248,000 nucleotides of DNA, taken from assembly GCF_000737315.1 (NCBI RefSeq), contig NZ_JMCB01000008.1, positions 20,001-268,000 of the forward strand, in the 5' to 3' direction. This DNA comes from Hyalangium minutum (GTDB lineage Bacteria > Myxococcota > Myxococcia > Myxococcales > Myxococcaceae). Shown piece after piece: positions 85,101 to 97,182 of the stretch. Numbering within the stretch: the first letter of the stretch is position 1; each line of letters starts with the position of its first letter. Position numbers and translations under genes: made by a program. Below the pieces are notes generated by a model, which did not search any database, was not told where the DNA came from, and saw only the letters and a program-made list of their open reading frames with translations.

Positions 85101-85395
85101 TCACCACCTTCGCGAACATCTCCGCCATGATGGCCCGGGCGGGCACTCCGCGCGCCAGGGCGTGCCCGTGCTCGCGGTAGTGCGAGACGATGGCGTCCTC
85201 CGGCTGGAGCGCGCGCAAGGCGCCCACCGCGCAGGCCTCCTCACCGATATAGAGGTGAAGAAAGCCGCGAATCTTCCCCGCGCTGTAGGCCTGGGCGCTC
85301 GCCTCCTCGAAGCGGCGGATGAGCTGCATCTGCCGCAGCCAGCCGAGCGCCTCGTCCCGGGTGGGTGCCAGCGTGGGAGGGGGCTTCTCGCTCAT
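85100..85395 (-). pseudogene. pdhA: Truncated pyruvate dehydrogenase E1 alpha (N-terminus only)
   Basis: IRRFEE...[11 protein letters not shown]...YREHGHAL ends at AEMFAK. Confidence 0.8.
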
Positions 85396-87146
85396 GGCGA
85401 GGCCTCCAGGGTGGAGGTATCCCCCTCGGGCAGACCCTGCTCGCGGGCCTTGAGCAGCCGGCGCATGATCTTCCCCGAGCGCGTGCGCGGCAGTGTGGGC
85501 AGGAACTCCAGCTCTTTGGGGGCGACCACCGCGCCCAGCCGCGTGCGCGCGTGGGCAAGCAGCTCCCGGCGCAGCGCCTCCCCGGGGGTGAAGCCCTCCT
85601 TGAGGGAGACGAAGGCCTTCACCACCTCGCCGATGGTGGGCTCGGGCCGGCCGATGACACCCGCCTCGGCCACGGCGGGGTGCTCGAGCAGCGCGCTCTC
85701 CACCTCGAACGGACCAATGAGGTGGCCCATCGACTTGATCACATCGTCGGCACGCCCCACGAACCAGAAGTAGCCGTCCGCGTCCTTCCGGGCGAGATCG
85801 CCGCTGAGGTACCAGCCGCTGGCGAAGCACTTGCGGTAGCGCTCCTCCTCGTGAAGGTAGCCGCGGAACATGGAGGGCCAGCCCGGACGCAGCGCGAGCT
85901 CCCCCTCGGTGTTGGGCGTGTCCACGGGCTCCACGCTCCCGTCGGGCCCACGCCGGACGATAGCGGCCTCCACCCCTGGCAGCGGCCGGCCCATGGAGCC
86001 CGGCTTGATGTTCATGGAGGCGTAGTTGGCCACCATGATTCCGCCCGTCTCCGTCTGCCACCAGTTGTCGTGGATGGGCAGCCCGAGCGCCTGCTGTCCC
86101 CAGAGGACTGCCTCCGGATTGAGGGGCTCTCCGACGCTGGCGATGAAGCGCAGGGTGCCGAGGTTGAAGCGGCGGGGCAGCGCCTCACCGGCCTTCATCA
86201 ACATCCGCACCGCTGTGGGCGCCGTGTACCAGACCGTGACGCGCTCGTCCTGGAGGATGCGGTACCAGCGCTCGGCGTCGAAGTCCGCCTCGTCCACCAC
86301 GCAGGTGAGGCCGTGCGTCAGCGGAGAGATGATGCCGTACGAGGTACCCGTCACCCAGCCAGGATCGGCGGTACACCAGAAGATGTCGTCCGGGTGGAAG
86401 TCCAGGACGAGCGTCCCAGTGACGTGGTGGGCGAGCACCGCGCGGTGGACATGAATGGCGCCCTTGGGAGTGCCGGTGGTGCCGCTGGTGAAGTGCAGCA
86501 GGGCCATGTCCTCGGGAGCAGTGGGGCCAATCGTGTAGGAGTCACGGGCACGCTCCAGGAGCGCCAGGAGCGCCTGGGTGCCCTCCCCCGCCTCTCCGTC
86601 CACGAGGAGCACGTGCCTCAGCTCCGGGAGCGAGCCGCGCAGCGGCGCCACCTTCTTGCGGTAGAGGGCCTCCGTCGTCACCAGCACGCGGGCGCCGCCG
86701 AGTTGGAGGCGGGCGCGGATGGGCTCGGGGCCAAAGGCAGAGAACAAGGGGCAGAAGACGGCCCGGTGCTTCAGTGTGCCGAGCGCGGTGATGTAGAGCT
86801 CGGGGATGCGCCCCAGCAGCGAGAAGACGCGCTCGCCGGGTGAGAGGCCCAAGCCCGCGAGCACGTGGGCGAAGCGGCTCGTCCAGGCCGAGAGCTCTGC
86901 ATAGGTGAGGAGCCTGCGCTCGCCATGGCGGCCCAGCCAGCGAAGCGCCTGCCGCCCTCCCCGTCCCTCCAGGATGTGCCGGTCCACAGCCTCGTGGGCG
87001 ATGTTGAGACCTCGTCCATCGGGGAGCCCGGCCAGCTCGCGCTCCGCGGCCTCCCAGGAAAAGGACGCACGCGCCGCCTCGTAGCTGGGCATGTTGGGTG
87101 CGCCGCGCCAGTCTGGGTGCAGCTTGCGGATCATCCGCTCGTCCAT
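85392..87146 (-). CDS. acsA: Acetate-CoA ligase
   Basis: [34 protein letters not shown]. Confidence 0.9.
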   Translation of the reverse strand: MDERMIRKLHPDWRGAPNMPSYEAARASFSWEAAERELAGLPDGRGLNIAHEAVDRHILEGRGGRQALRWLGRHGERRLLTYAELSAWTSRFAHVLAGLGLSPGERVFSLLGRIPELYITALGTLKHRAVFCPLFSAFGPEPIRARLQLGGARVLVTTEALYRKKVAPLRGSLPELRHVLLVDGEAGEGTQALLALLERARDSYTIGPTAPEDMALLHFTSGTTGTPKGAIHVHRAVLAHHVTGTLVLDFHPDDIFWCTADPGWVTGTSYGIISPLTHGLTCVVDEADFDAERWYRILQDERVTVWYTAPTAVRMLMKAGEALPRRFNLGTLRFIASVGEPLNPEAVLWGQQALGLPIHDNWWQTETGGIMVANYASMNIKPGSMGRPLPGVEAAIVRRGPDGSVEPVDTPNTEGELALRPGWPSMFRGYLHEEERYRKCFASGWYLSGDLARKDADGYFWFVGRADDVIKSMGHLIGPFEVESALLEHPAVAEAGVIGRPEPTIGEVVKAFVSLKEGFTPGEALRRELLAHARTRLGAVVAPKELEFLPTLPRTRSGKIMRRLLKAREQGLPEGDTSTLEASP

Positions 87147-87309
87147 CGCTGGCCCCACCGTCCTCGCCGCTCCGGCGCAGGGAGCCCTGGCCGGGCGAGG
87201 AGAAGAAGTAGCCCACGCGTGTTGGCAGGTCATCCCGGACGCGGAGCCGGGGAGATCGTCCTTCAGCGGACGGCCCAGGGGCTCCGGCGCCCCACCGCCG
87301 GAACGGGGC

Positions 87310-88194
87310 TCACAGAGGCTCCAGCACCCGGCGGAGATGCATGAGCACCTGCTTGATCTTCGGAATCTCCGAGAGCGCCTCGGGCACGCTGATTCGGAGC
87401 GCGCGCTCACGCCCCACCACGGTGGGCAGCACGGGCACCAACAGATCTTCGGGAACGCCGGGATCGGGCAGGTCCGCGCTGGGGACCAGGCCGATCCCCA
87501 ACCCCGCGATGCAGCAGGAGCGGATGAAGTGGATGTCCGCCGTGATGAGCGCCGGCTCGACCCGGATCGACGGCCCGCGCAGCGTGGGCCAGGAGCGTGC
87601 ATCCCCTCCTGGCGCTTCCCAGGAGAAGAGCTCGTGGCCTTGCAGCTCCTCCAACGAGCGCGGCGTCCCATTCCGCTCCAGGTAGTCCCTGCTGGCGATC
87701 AGCCCCTCGCGCACCCGCAGCACCACCTGAGAGAGCCACGGCCCCCGCGGCGTGTCCTCGCCAAAGTGGACCGCTATGTCCACGTCGTCCAGCGGCTCGC
87801 CCAGGGGATCGGCACTGAAGCGGGCGTGGACGTGGAGCAACGGATAGGTGCTCCGGAACGCTCCGAAGAGCGGCGTGAGCAAGTGCGGCGGCAGCCCCAC
87901 GGGCATCACCACCCGGAGCGTGCCCGAGGGCTCATGGCCCACCTCACGGATGGAGGCCAGCAGCGCGCTCGTCTCCTGCATCATGATCCGCCCACGCTGG
88001 GCGAGCACCTCCCCGGCCTCGGTCAAGAGGATGCCCTGCCGCGTGCTCTTGAGGAGCGGCACGCCCGCGCGCGCCTCCAGGGCTTCGACCCGGCGGCGCA
88101 GGGTGGTGCGTGACACGCCCAGCGACTCAGCGGCCGCCAGAAAGGACCCCGTCTCCGCGACGTCGAGAAAGGCCCTCAGCTCTTCCAGATCCAT
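87310..88194 (-). CDS. LysR-type regulator
   Basis: [12 protein letters not shown]. Confidence 0.85.
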   Translation of the reverse strand: MDLEELRAFLDVAETGSFLAAAESLGVSRTTLRRRVEALEARAGVPLLKSTRQGILLTEAGEVLAQRGRIMMQETSALLASIREVGHEPSGTLRVVMPVGLPPHLLTPLFGAFRSTYPLLHVHARFSADPLGEPLDDVDIAVHFGEDTPRGPWLSQVVLRVREGLIASRDYLERNGTPRSLEELQGHELFSWEAPGGDARSWPTLRGPSIRVEPALITADIHFIRSCCIAGLGIGLVPSADLPDPGVPEDLLVPVLPTVVGRERALRISVPEALSEIPKIKQVLMHLRRVLEPL

Positions 88195-88334
88195 GCGCTT
88201 GCCTCGCTGCCAGGAATGAAGTGCCACGCCCGCACTGCACAGAGTTTGGACACCGCATGTCCGTCTTCGGCCATCCCTCGTGCGCCGCCGCGAGTACGAA
88301 GAGAGCGTCCAACTTCCCACAGGTGGAATGCCCC

Positions 88335-88973
88335 ATGCGCACCCCCGTCCTCCTCGCCCTCCCCCTCGCTCTGTTCACGCTGCCCGCCCTGGCCAAGGAT
88401 CCGGCCCTCGGCGCGACCACCTACACGGTCTACGAAGCCTACATGAGCCCCGCCCAGGAGCCGGGCGAGGAGTCGGAGACGCCGAAGGCACTGGAGAAGA
88501 GCCTCGGGGCCACCGCCCCCTCGACGCCGCGCGAGAACCGCAAGTCTCGCGGCTATGGGCAGATCCGGTTCGCCAAGGACCTGAGCAAGGCCTATGTGGA
88601 CGTCGAGATCCAAGGGGTCAACGCGGCGGACATCCTCATGTTCCACATCCACTGCGGCCCTCCGGGAGTCCTGGGCCCCATCATCGTGGATTTTGGCGAG
88701 TCCGAGAGCCCCGCGAAGAAGCTGGCCAACGGCAAGATGACCCTGGAGCTCACCAACAAGAATGTCCTCTTCGTCAAGGACATGCCCAAGAGCCTGAAGC
88801 CCTCGCTGCCCGAGAGCTGCCCGGCGGAGCTAGGCTTCCTGGCCCAGACCAAGACGATCGCGGGGCTCGAGTACCTGGCGCGCAAGGGCGTGCTCTACTT
88901 CAACCTCCACACCAAGGCTCACACGTACTACGGGGAGATGCGCGGCCAGCTCTACCCAGCCAAGGAGGAGTAG
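88335..88973 (+). CDS. Secreted CHRD-domain protein
   Basis: SPAQE, FHIHCG..G..GP, YFNLHT...GEMRGQ. Confidence 0.8.
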   Translation: MRTPVLLALPLALFTLPALAKDPALGATTYTVYEAYMSPAQEPGEESETPKALEKSLGATAPSTPRENRKSRGYGQIRFAKDLSKAYVDVEIQGVNAADILMFHIHCGPPGVLGPIIVDFGESESPAKKLANGKMTLELTNKNVLFVKDMPKSLKPSLPESCPAELGFLAQTKTIAGLEYLARKGVLYFNLHTKAHTYYGEMRGQLYPAKEE

Positions 88974-89130
88974 CCCCAGGCGCGAAGTACGAGCCCTGGA
89001 CTGAAACTGAACGGGCCCCCGATCGACTCGTTGAGACTCGTAAGTTTGCCCTCGGGATGGCTTGAGGGCTCCAGCGCCCCAGCCCAAGGTCTGCCCCCTG
89101 TCGCGGGACTGTGCTCGCGCTGGAGGTGCC

Positions 89131-90282
89131 ATGCCTGAGGTCGCCGCATCCGCTCCGGAGAAGGGACATGCCCGGCTCTCCCTGGAGCAATTCGAGGCGC
89201 TGCTGATGGCGCTGCGGAACGAGGGATGGCAGCTCGTCGGGCCCACCGTGCGAGATGAAGCCCTCGTCCACGAGGGAATCTCCGGCGTGAAGGACCTGCC
89301 CCGCGGGTGGACGGAGGTTCAAGAGGCCGGGAGGTACAGGCTGGCGCGGCGCGAGGATGAGGCGCTCTTCGGCTACTCGGTGGGGCCCAAGTCCTGGAAG
89401 CACCTGCTGTTCGTCCCGCGGCTGCGCCTGATGAGCGCACATCGCCAGGAGGAGGGCTTCCGCGTCGAGAGCGAGCCCTCAGCGCCGCCCCGGCTGGCCC
89501 TCATTGGAGCCCGCTCCTGTGATCTGCACGCCATCGCCGTACAGGACCGGACCTTCCTGGAGGGCCCTTATCGGGATCCGGACTATGCGGCCCGGCGTGA
89601 GCGGCTCTTCGTCGTGGCCGTCAATTGTGGGCAGGCGGGAGGCACCTGCTTCTGCGTGTCCATGCGGACCGGCCCCCGCGTCACCTTCGGGTTCGACATC
89701 GCCCTCACCGAGCTGCTTGAGGGCGAGCACCGCTTCTTGGCGGAGGCGGGCAGCGAGCGGGGAGCGGCGCTGTTGGCGCGGCTGGGAGCTGGAGCGGCCT
89801 CGGAGGAGGACCTCCGGACGGCGGACGCGGTGGTGGAGCGAACCGCCCAGCGCATGGGCCGCACGATGGACACCACGGACATCAAGGGACTGCTCTACCG
89901 CAACCTGGAGCACCCGCGCTGGGACGACGTGGCGCAGCGCTGCCTGGCCTGCACCAACTGCACGCTGGTGTGCCCCACCTGCTTCTGCTCCACGGTGGAG
90001 GACACCTCGGACCTGCGAGGCGAGGTGGCCGAGCGGTGGCGCCGCTGGGACTCGTGCTTCACCCTGGAGCACTCCCATCTGCACGGGGGCAACGTCCGCC
90101 AGAGCATCCGGAGCCGCTACCGGCAGTGGCACACGCACAAGCTGGCGAGCTGGTGGGATCAGTTCGGCACCTCTGGGTGTATCGGCTGCGGGCGCTGCAT
90201 CACCTGGTGTCCCGTGGGCATCGACATCACCGAAGAGGTGGCCGCCATCCGCGCCGCCGATGGAGCCCGGAGCAGCGCCTGA
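89131..90282 (+). CDS. Sulfhydrogenase beta / AsrA-like 4Fe-4S subunit
   Basis: CLACTNC...CPTCFC and [12 protein letters not shown]. Confidence 0.85.
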   Translation: MPEVAASAPEKGHARLSLEQFEALLMALRNEGWQLVGPTVRDEALVHEGISGVKDLPRGWTEVQEAGRYRLARREDEALFGYSVGPKSWKHLLFVPRLRLMSAHRQEEGFRVESEPSAPPRLALIGARSCDLHAIAVQDRTFLEGPYRDPDYAARRERLFVVAVNCGQAGGTCFCVSMRTGPRVTFGFDIALTELLEGEHRFLAEAGSERGAALLARLGAGAASEEDLRTADAVVERTAQRMGRTMDTTDIKGLLYRNLEHPRWDDVAQRCLACTNCTLVCPTCFCSTVEDTSDLRGEVAERWRRWDSCFTLEHSHLHGGNVRQSIRSRYRQWHTHKLASWWDQFGTSGCIGCGRCITWCPVGIDITEEVAAIRAADGARSSA

Positions 90283-90291
90283 GAGGAGCCC

Positions 90292-90392
90292 ATGACTTCG
90301 CCCCTTCCTCCTCTCGAGCAGCATCCCTTCCTGCGCGGGCTCTCTCCCGGACAACGCCAACGCCCCAGCGTTCCGGGAGGAGAGCCAGCGCC
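90292..90392 (+). pseudogene. Deletion scar joining cNMP-protein start to small-subunit end
   Basis: [16 protein letters not shown] (cf. 106178) joined to NAPAFREES (cf. about 108230). Confidence 0.75.
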
Positions 90393-91688
90393 ATGACGAA
90401 TAAGACGCGCACCCTCCAGGTGGACTACCTCACGCGCGTGGAGGGAGAGGCCTCGCTCATCTTGCGCCTGGAGGGCGATAAGGCCACGGACGTGCGCCTG
90501 GCCATCTTCGAGCCTCCGCGCTTCTTCGAGGCGCTGCTGCGTGGGCGCTCGTACCTGGAGGCACCGGACATCACCTCGCGGATCTGCGGCATCTGCCCGG
90601 CGGCGTACCTGTTGAGCGCCTGCCACGCGGTGGAGGCCGCGCTGGGCGTGCACGTGGACGGGCCGCTCCGGGATCTGCGGCGGCTGCTGTACTGCGGCGA
90701 GTGGATCGAGAGCCATGCCCTCCACGTCTTCCTGCTGCACGCGCCCGACTTCCTGGGCTACCCGGACGCCCTCTCCATGGCGAAGGAGCACGGCGAGTGG
90801 GTGCAGCGAGGCCTGCGCATCAAGAAGGCGGGGAACACGCTCATGTCCATCCTGGGGGGCCGGTCCATCCACCCCATCAACGTGCGCGTGGGCGGCTTCT
90901 ACCGTGTGCCTCGGCGGGCTGAATTGGAGGCCCACCTGCCGGAGCTGCGCCGGGGACGTGACGCCACGATGGAGGCGTTGGAATGGATGGCCCGCTTCCC
91001 CTTCCCCGCATTCGAGCGCCCCTACGAGTTCGTCTCCCTGAGCCACCCCCATGAGTATCCACTGCTGGGAGAGCGGCTCGTCTCCTCCGAGGGGCTGGAC
91101 ATCCCTGTGGGCGAGTGGGACGCGCATTTCGTGGAGGAGCAGGTGCCGTACTCGAGCGCGCTGCACGCCCGGCGCGTGGGGAGGGGCGCGTACCTGTGTG
91201 GCCCGCTGGCCCGCTTCAACCTCCACTTCGACCAGTTGGCGCCCGAGGTGCAGGAAGCGGCTCACTGGGTAGGACTGTCCGTGCCGTGCCGGAACCCCTT
91301 CCGCACGCTGCTCGTGCGGCTGGTGGAGGTGCTCCAGTCCTTCACCACAGCCATTCATCTCATCGAGGACTACGAGGAACCCCCCGCGCCTCACGTGGAC
91401 ACTCCGCCCCGGGCGGGCACGGGTGTGGGTGCCACGGAGGCGCCTCGCGGGCTGCTCTACCACCGCTACACCCTGGACTCGGAGGGCACCATCCAGGAGG
91501 CCCGGATCGTCCCACCGACGTCGCAGAACCAGCTGTCCATCGAGGAAGACCTGCGCACGCTCGCGCCGGAGCTGGCCACTCGGCCCCTCGGGGATGCGAC
91601 CCTGCTGGCCGAGCGGGCCATCCGCAACCACGATCCGTGCATCTCGTGTGCGACCCACTTCCTCACTCTGAAACGGGAGCAGATATGA
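90393..91688 (+). CDS. [NiFe]-hydrogenase large subunit (group 3b-like)
   Basis: RICGIC and DPCISCATH plus short cleavable tail. Confidence 0.9.
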   Translation: MTNKTRTLQVDYLTRVEGEASLILRLEGDKATDVRLAIFEPPRFFEALLRGRSYLEAPDITSRICGICPAAYLLSACHAVEAALGVHVDGPLRDLRRLLYCGEWIESHALHVFLLHAPDFLGYPDALSMAKEHGEWVQRGLRIKKAGNTLMSILGGRSIHPINVRVGGFYRVPRRAELEAHLPELRRGRDATMEALEWMARFPFPAFERPYEFVSLSHPHEYPLLGERLVSSEGLDIPVGEWDAHFVEEQVPYSSALHARRVGRGAYLCGPLARFNLHFDQLAPEVQEAAHWVGLSVPCRNPFRTLLVRLVEVLQSFTTAIHLIEDYEEPPAPHVDTPPRAGTGVGATEAPRGLLYHRYTLDSEGTIQEARIVPPTSQNQLSIEEDLRTLAPELATRPLGDATLLAERAIRNHDPCISCATHFLTLKREQI

Positions 91689-92167
91689 GCGAGAAAGCAC
91701 GCGTCATCGGCCTTGGGCAGGCGGCCGCCGGCGATGATCAGGTGGGACTGGCCGTCATCGAACGCCTGCGAATGCAGGGAGCTCCGGAGGGCGTGGAGTT
91801 GTTGGTGGCCGCCGAGCCGAGCGCACTCCTTCCGCTGCTGGAGACACCGGTCCCGGTCGTGCTCGTGGATGCGGTGCTGGCGGCACCGTCGGGCGAGGTG
91901 TGGGTCCTGGAGCCCGCGGAGCTGGAGCTGCGGGGACTCTCCACGATGTCGACCCACGGGCTTGGGGTGGCGCAGGCGGTGGCACTGGCCCAGCAGCTGT
92001 CTCCCGGAGCGGTGTCCCCTTCCATCCACCTCGTCGCCGTCAGCATCTCGCGGCCGGCGCGCTTCCAGCAGGGACTCTCTCCCGAGGTGGCCGCCGCTGT
92101 TCCTCGCGCGGCGGAGCACATCCTGCGAACCCTTCCCCTCTTGGAACAGGAGCAACGCCATGCATGA
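91685..92167 (+). CDS. Hydrogenase maturation protease
   Basis: IGLG...DD.VG, VDA, STHG. Confidence 0.85.
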   Translation: MSEKARVIGLGQAAAGDDQVGLAVIERLRMQGAPEGVELLVAAEPSALLPLLETPVPVVLVDAVLAAPSGEVWVLEPAELELRGLSTMSTHGLGVAQAVALAQQLSPGAVSPSIHLVAVSISRPARFQQGLSPEVAAAVPRAAEHILRTLPLLEQEQRHA

Positions 92168-92501
92168 GACGTCACTGGCCCGGCAGATGCTCGATGCGGT
92201 CCTCCAGCGCGCCAAGGCGCATGGAGCCTCGCGCGTGCGCGAGGTGCGAGGCTGGGTCGCGGAGACGGAGTCGCTGTCGCCCGACAGCCTCTCGTTCCAC
92301 TTCGCGGCTCACGCGCGGGGCACGAAGGCCGAAGGAGCAAGGCTCCTGCTGGAGCTCATCCACGTGGAGGCGCGCTGCCGGGCCTGTAACCGCACCTATG
92401 CCCCCGAGCACCACCTCCTGCTGTGTCCGGCCTGCGGCAGCACCGACGGAGAGCAGCTCCGGCAGACGGGACTGGCCGTCACCTCCATCGACGTGGAGTG
92501 A
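92160..92501 (+). CDS. hypA: Hydrogenase maturation factor HypA
   Basis: MHE, CxxC...CPAC. Confidence 0.9.
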   Translation: MHETSLARQMLDAVLQRAKAHGASRVREVRGWVAETESLSPDSLSFHFAAHARGTKAEGARLLLELIHVEARCRACNRTYAPEHHLLLCPACGSTDGEQLRQTGLAVTSIDVE

Positions 92502-92510
92502 GGACTGGGC

Positions 92511-94811
92511 ATGATCCGGCTGGCCATCACCGTGCGAGGAGTCGTGCAGGGCGTGGGCTTCCGTCCCTTTGTCCACGCGGCGGCCACGGCCCGGGGGCTG
92601 TCGGGGTGGGTCCGCAACCGCACCGACGGTGTCCGCATCGAGGTGGAGGGGCCAGCGCCCCGCGTGAGCGACTTCCAGAGGGCCCTCGAGCGCGAAGCCC
92701 CTCCAGCGGCCCGCTTGGAGCACATGGGTGTCGAAGCGCTGCCGCTCCAGCGAGAACTCGGCTTCCGCATCCTCGAGAGCGATCCGAGCGCACCTCCCCG
92801 GCCCAGCATCCCAGCGGACCTGGCCACCTGCCCGGACTGCCTGGAGGAGGTGGTCTCCACGAGTGCGCGGCGCTTCCAGTACCCCTTCACCAACTGCACG
92901 CGCTGCGGGCCTCGGTGGACGATCATTGAAGCCCTGCCCTACGATCGGGCTCGCACGTCCATGAAGGCCTTCGCGATGTGCTCGGTCTGTGAGGCCGAGT
93001 ACCGCGACACACGGGACCGGCGCTTCCACGCCCAGCCCGTCGCATGTCCCGCGTGCGGCCCCTCGCTGCGGCTGCTTGGCCCCGAGGGGGATTGCCTGCG
93101 CGAAGGGGAAGCCGCACTGCGAGAGGCCGTGAAGGAAGTGCTCGCCGGAGGAATCCTCGCCCTCCAAGGGCTGGGGGGATTCCAGCTCCTCGTAGATGCC
93201 ACCGTCCCTGCGTCGGTCGAGCTCCTGCGCCAGCGCAAACGCCGTCTGGAGAAGCCCTTCGCGGTGATGTTTCCCTCGCTCGATCAGGTACGTACGGTCT
93301 GCGAGCTGGCCTCGGAGGAAGCGGCGGTGCTCACCTCCCCTGCAGCCCCCATCGTGCTCCTCCGCAAGCGCCTCTCCGGCGGCGCGAAGCCATGGGTCGC
93401 TGACGCGGTGGCTCCAGGCAACCCATGGCTGGGCGCGCTGCTGCCCTCCACACCCCTGCACCGAATGCTGCTCGATCTGGCGGAGCGCCCTCTGGTGTGC
93501 ACCAGCGGCAACCTCACCGACGAGCCCCTCTGCACCGCTCCCGGCGAGGCGCTGGATCGGCTGCGCGGAGTCGCCAGCCTGTTTCTGGTGCATGACCGGC
93601 CCATCCTCCGCCCGGTCGATGACTCCGTGGTGCGGATGGGACCGAACGGTCCGCTCGTGCTGCGCCGAGCCCGGGGTTATGCACCTCTCCCTCTGTCACT
93701 CCGTGCCGCTCCCCCGTACCTGTTGGCGCTTGGAGGCCACCTGAAGGGAACCGTCGCCCTCACTGTGGGAGAGCAAGCGGTGGTGAGCCAGCACTTGGGA
93801 GATCTGGGCTCTATCGAGGGCGCACGGCTCCTGGAGCGCACCGTGGAGGATCTGCTCCGGCTGTTCGAGGTGCACCCAGAAGCCGTCGCGTGCGATCTCC
93901 ACCCAGACTATGCCTCTACCCGGCTGGGCGAGCGCCTCTGCGAGCGCTGGGGAGTCCCACTCATCCAAGTGCAGCACCACCACGCCCACATCGCGGCGGT
94001 CATGGCTGAGCACGGACTCTCCGGCCCCGTACTCGGGCTCGCCTGGGACGGAGCAGGACTGGGAACAGACGGCACGCTGTGGGGCGGCGAGGCGCTGATC
94101 GTCGAAGGCGCGCGGTTCCGCCGGGTGGCACACCTTCGCCCCTTCCGCCTGGCCGGGGGAGAACAGGCCCAGCGAGAGCCTCGGCGGGCGGCGCTCGGAC
94201 TGCTCCACGCGATGGAGGGGCCTGGGGCCACCGTGCACCTGCGGGACGCCTTCACTGCGCACGAGGCGGACGTGCTCCTGGCCATGCTCGGGCGAGGGCT
94301 CCAGTCGCCGTTCACCACCAGCATGGGGCGGCTGTTCGACGCGGTCGCGGCGCTCTCCGGCGTCCAGCTGCGGACGAGCTTCGAGGGCCAGGCCGCCATG
94401 GCGCTCGAGTTCGCCGCAGGAGAGGACGCGGCCGTGGAGCCCTACCCTCTCCCACTGCGGAACGGCGAGCCTGCTGCGGCGGACTGGGAGCCTCTCATCC
94501 GAGCCCTGCTCGGGGATCGAACCCAAGGCGCGCCAGCCTCTCTCATGGCCCGCCGCTTCCACGCCTCGCTGGTCAGCCTGGCCGAAGCCATCGCGTCGCG
94601 GGCGGGCCTGCCCCACGTGGTGCTCGCGGGCGGGTGCTTCCAGAACCTGCGCCTGCTGCGGGACATCCAGGCACGCCTGCGCTCGCGAGGCTTCGAGGTG
94701 TGGACACCCCAGCAGTACCCACCCAACGACGGCAGCCTGTCCCTGGGCCAGCTCGCCGTCGCGGCATACCGCTACGAGGAGGCGCGCGATGTGTCTCGGC
94801 ATCCCCGGTGA
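92511..94811 (+). CDS. hypF: Carbamoyltransferase HypF
   Basis: [25 protein letters not shown]-like CDLHPDY, QHHHAH. Confidence 0.95.
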   Translation: MIRLAITVRGVVQGVGFRPFVHAAATARGLSGWVRNRTDGVRIEVEGPAPRVSDFQRALEREAPPAARLEHMGVEALPLQRELGFRILESDPSAPPRPSIPADLATCPDCLEEVVSTSARRFQYPFTNCTRCGPRWTIIEALPYDRARTSMKAFAMCSVCEAEYRDTRDRRFHAQPVACPACGPSLRLLGPEGDCLREGEAALREAVKEVLAGGILALQGLGGFQLLVDATVPASVELLRQRKRRLEKPFAVMFPSLDQVRTVCELASEEAAVLTSPAAPIVLLRKRLSGGAKPWVADAVAPGNPWLGALLPSTPLHRMLLDLAERPLVCTSGNLTDEPLCTAPGEALDRLRGVASLFLVHDRPILRPVDDSVVRMGPNGPLVLRRARGYAPLPLSLRAAPPYLLALGGHLKGTVALTVGEQAVVSQHLGDLGSIEGARLLERTVEDLLRLFEVHPEAVACDLHPDYASTRLGERLCERWGVPLIQVQHHHAHIAAVMAEHGLSGPVLGLAWDGAGLGTDGTLWGGEALIVEGARFRRVAHLRPFRLAGGEQAQREPRRAALGLLHAMEGPGATVHLRDAFTAHEADVLLAMLGRGLQSPFTTSMGRLFDAVAALSGVQLRTSFEGQAAMALEFAAGEDAAVEPYPLPLRNGEPAAADWEPLIRALLGDRTQGAPASLMARRFHASLVSLAEAIASRAGLPHVVLAGGCFQNLRLLRDIQARLRSRGFEVWTPQQYPPNDGSLSLGQLAVAAYRYEEARDVSRHPR

Positions 94812-95040
94812 GGTGCTGTCCACGGTGGAGGGCCCGCTGCGCATGGGGCGCGTGGCCTTCGGCCAGGTCATCAAGGAGGTGTGCCTGGCCTATGTCCCCG
94901 AGGCCCAGCCCGGAGACTTCGTCGTGGTGCATGCCGGCTTCGCCATCAGCCGTGTGGATCCGGAGGGAGCCCTGCGTGTCTTCGCCTACCTGGAGGAGCT
95001 GGGCGAGACGGCCGAGAAGCTGGGAGGCCAATCCCCATGA
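94789..95040 (+). CDS. hypC: HypC
   Basis: [15 protein letters not shown]. Confidence 0.95.
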   Translation: MCLGIPGEVLSTVEGPLRMGRVAFGQVIKEVCLAYVPEAQPGDFVVVHAGFAISRVDPEGALRVFAYLEELGETAEKLGGQSP

Positions 95041-96131
95041 GGTATGTAGAAGAATACCGAGGCGCGGAGGAGGCCCACCGGTTTGTCCAGGCGCTCCACG
95101 CCCGGGTGACGCGGCCCTGGACGCTGATGGAGATCTGCGGGGGGCAAACGCACGCCATCGTCCGCTTCGGGATCGACCAACTGCTGCCGCCAGGACTCAC
95201 CCTCCTGCACGGTCCTGGCTGCCCGGTCTGCGTCACCTCGGTGGAGACCTTGGACAAGGCGCTGGCCATCGCCTCGCGGCCCGGCGTCGTGTTCTGCTCG
95301 TTCGGCGACATGCTCCGAGTGCCTGGCTCGGAGCGGGACTTGCTCTCGGTCAAGGCGGCGGGGGCGGACGTGCGCATCGTCTACTCGCCCATGGATGCGC
95401 TGGCCCTGGCCGAGCGGCTGCCCGGGCGCGAGGTCGTCTTCTTCGCCGTGGGCTTCGAGACCACCGCTCCGGCCAGCGCCATGGCCGTGCACGAGGCGCG
95501 GCGGCGGGGGCTGCGCAACTTCTCGCTCTTGGCGGCCCACGTCCTGGTGCCACCGGCGATGGAAGCGATCCTCGCGGACCGGAACCGGCGGGTGGATGGC
95601 TTCCTGGCCGCCGGCCACGTGTGCACGATCATGGGCATGGAGGCATACGGCCCGCTGGCGCGAGCGTACCGGGTCCCCATCGTCGTCACTGGCTTCGAGC
95701 CGCTGGACCTGCTGCAGGGCATCCACATGTGCGTGGCGCAGCTGGAGGATGGGCGCGCCGCGGTGGAGAACCAGTACGCCCGCGCCGTGCGGCCCCCGGG
95801 CAACGCACCTGCCCAGGCCATGCTGCAAGCGGTGTTCGAGGTGGTGCACCGCACGTGGCGGGGTATCGGCCCCATTCCATCGAGCGGCTTGGGGCTCCGC
95901 GCCGCCTACGCGGACTGGGACGCCGAGCGGAAGTTCGGCGTGTCCGCGGTGGGTGGCCGAGAGGACGCGGAGTGCCGGAGCGGCTCGGTGTTGCGAGGCC
96001 TGCTCAAGCCGCCCGAGTGCCCCGCCTTCGGCACCCGCTGCACACCCGAGACGCCGCTGGGAGCGACGATGGTGTCCTCCGAGGGCGCCTGTGCGGCCTA
96101 CTACCGCTACCGGAGGTTCACCGGCCCATGA
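95037..96131 (+). CDS. hypD: HypD
   Basis: [29 protein letters not shown]. Confidence 0.95.
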   Translation: MRYVEEYRGAEEAHRFVQALHARVTRPWTLMEICGGQTHAIVRFGIDQLLPPGLTLLHGPGCPVCVTSVETLDKALAIASRPGVVFCSFGDMLRVPGSERDLLSVKAAGADVRIVYSPMDALALAERLPGREVVFFAVGFETTAPASAMAVHEARRRGLRNFSLLAAHVLVPPAMEAILADRNRRVDGFLAAGHVCTIMGMEAYGPLARAYRVPIVVTGFEPLDLLQGIHMCVAQLEDGRAAVENQYARAVRPPGNAPAQAMLQAVFEVVHRTWRGIGPIPSSGLGLRAAYADWDAERKFGVSAVGGREDAECRSGSVLRGLLKPPECPAFGTRCTPETPLGATMVSSEGACAAYYRYRRFTGP

Positions 96132-97174
96132 GCACCCTCTTGAACCGGAGCTGCCCCGCACCGCTGAAGCACAGCACCATCCAGCTCGCGCACGGAGGAG
96201 GCGGACGGCTCATGCGCCAGCTCATCGAGGAGGTCTTCCTGGAGCCGCCTCCCGCCCTGGCGTGGACCGAGCGCCATGACAGCGCGGTGGTCCCCCTCGG
96301 CACGGAGCGACTGGCGCTCACCACGGACTCCTACGTGGTGACCCCTCGCTTCTTCCCTGGGGGAGACATCGGCAAGCTCGCGGTGTACGGCACGGTGAAC
96401 GACCTGGTCATGTCCGGGGCACGCCCGCTGTACCTGAGCGCGGGCTTCATTCTGGAGGAGGGGCTGGCGATGGAGGAGCTGCGCCGGGTGGTGGCCTCCA
96501 TGCGCGAGGCCGCCCGGGAGTGCGGCGTGAGGCTCGTCACGGGAGACACCAAGGTGGTGGACCGAGGCAAGGCGGATGGGCTCTTCATCAACACCTCGGG
96601 CGCGGGCCATGTGCCCGAGGGCCGCTCCGTCCACCCGAGGCGCGTGAGGCCAGGGGACGCGGTGCTCGTCTCTGGAGACGTGGGGCAGCACGGCATCGCC
96701 GTCCTCTCGGTGCGCGAGGGGCTCGCTTTCGAGACTCCCGTTCAGAGCGACTGCTCGCCGCTCACGCCGCTGGTGGAGGCGCTCTTCAGCGCGGGGGTGG
96801 ATGTGCATGCCCTGCGAGACACGACGCGAGGGGGGCTGGCCTCGGCCCTCAATGAACTGGCCCTCGATGGTGGAGTGAGTGTCCTCTTGGAGGAGACCTC
96901 GGTGCCGGTGAACGAGGCGGTCTCGGGAGCCTGCGAGTTGCTGGGCCTGGATCCCCTCTACGTGGCCTGCGAGGGGCGCATGGTGGCCTTCGTGCCCGAA
97001 CCCCAGGCAGAGGTGGCCTTGGCGGCCCTGCGCGGCCATCCCCTCGGTGTGGCAGCGGCCCGGATTGGGCGTGTCACCGAGGGCCCCGCGGGCAGGGTGT
97101 CTCTGCGCACGCGCCTCGGCGGACACCGGCTCTTGGATCTGCTCTCCGGGGAACAGCTCCCGCGCATCTGCTGA
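96128..97174 (+). CDS. hypE: HypE
   Basis: AHGGGG, GTVNDL, GDTKVV, LPRIC. Confidence 0.95.
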   Translation: MSTLLNRSCPAPLKHSTIQLAHGGGGRLMRQLIEEVFLEPPPALAWTERHDSAVVPLGTERLALTTDSYVVTPRFFPGGDIGKLAVYGTVNDLVMSGARPLYLSAGFILEEGLAMEELRRVVASMREAARECGVRLVTGDTKVVDRGKADGLFINTSGAGHVPEGRSVHPRRVRPGDAVLVSGDVGQHGIAVLSVREGLAFETPVQSDCSPLTPLVEALFSAGVDVHALRDTTRGGLASALNELALDGGVSVLLEETSVPVNEAVSGACELLGLDPLYVACEGRMVAFVPEPQAEVALAALRGHPLGVAAARIGRVTEGPAGRVSLRTRLGGHRLLDLLSGEQLPRIC

Positions 97175-97182
97175 AGCGCCGC

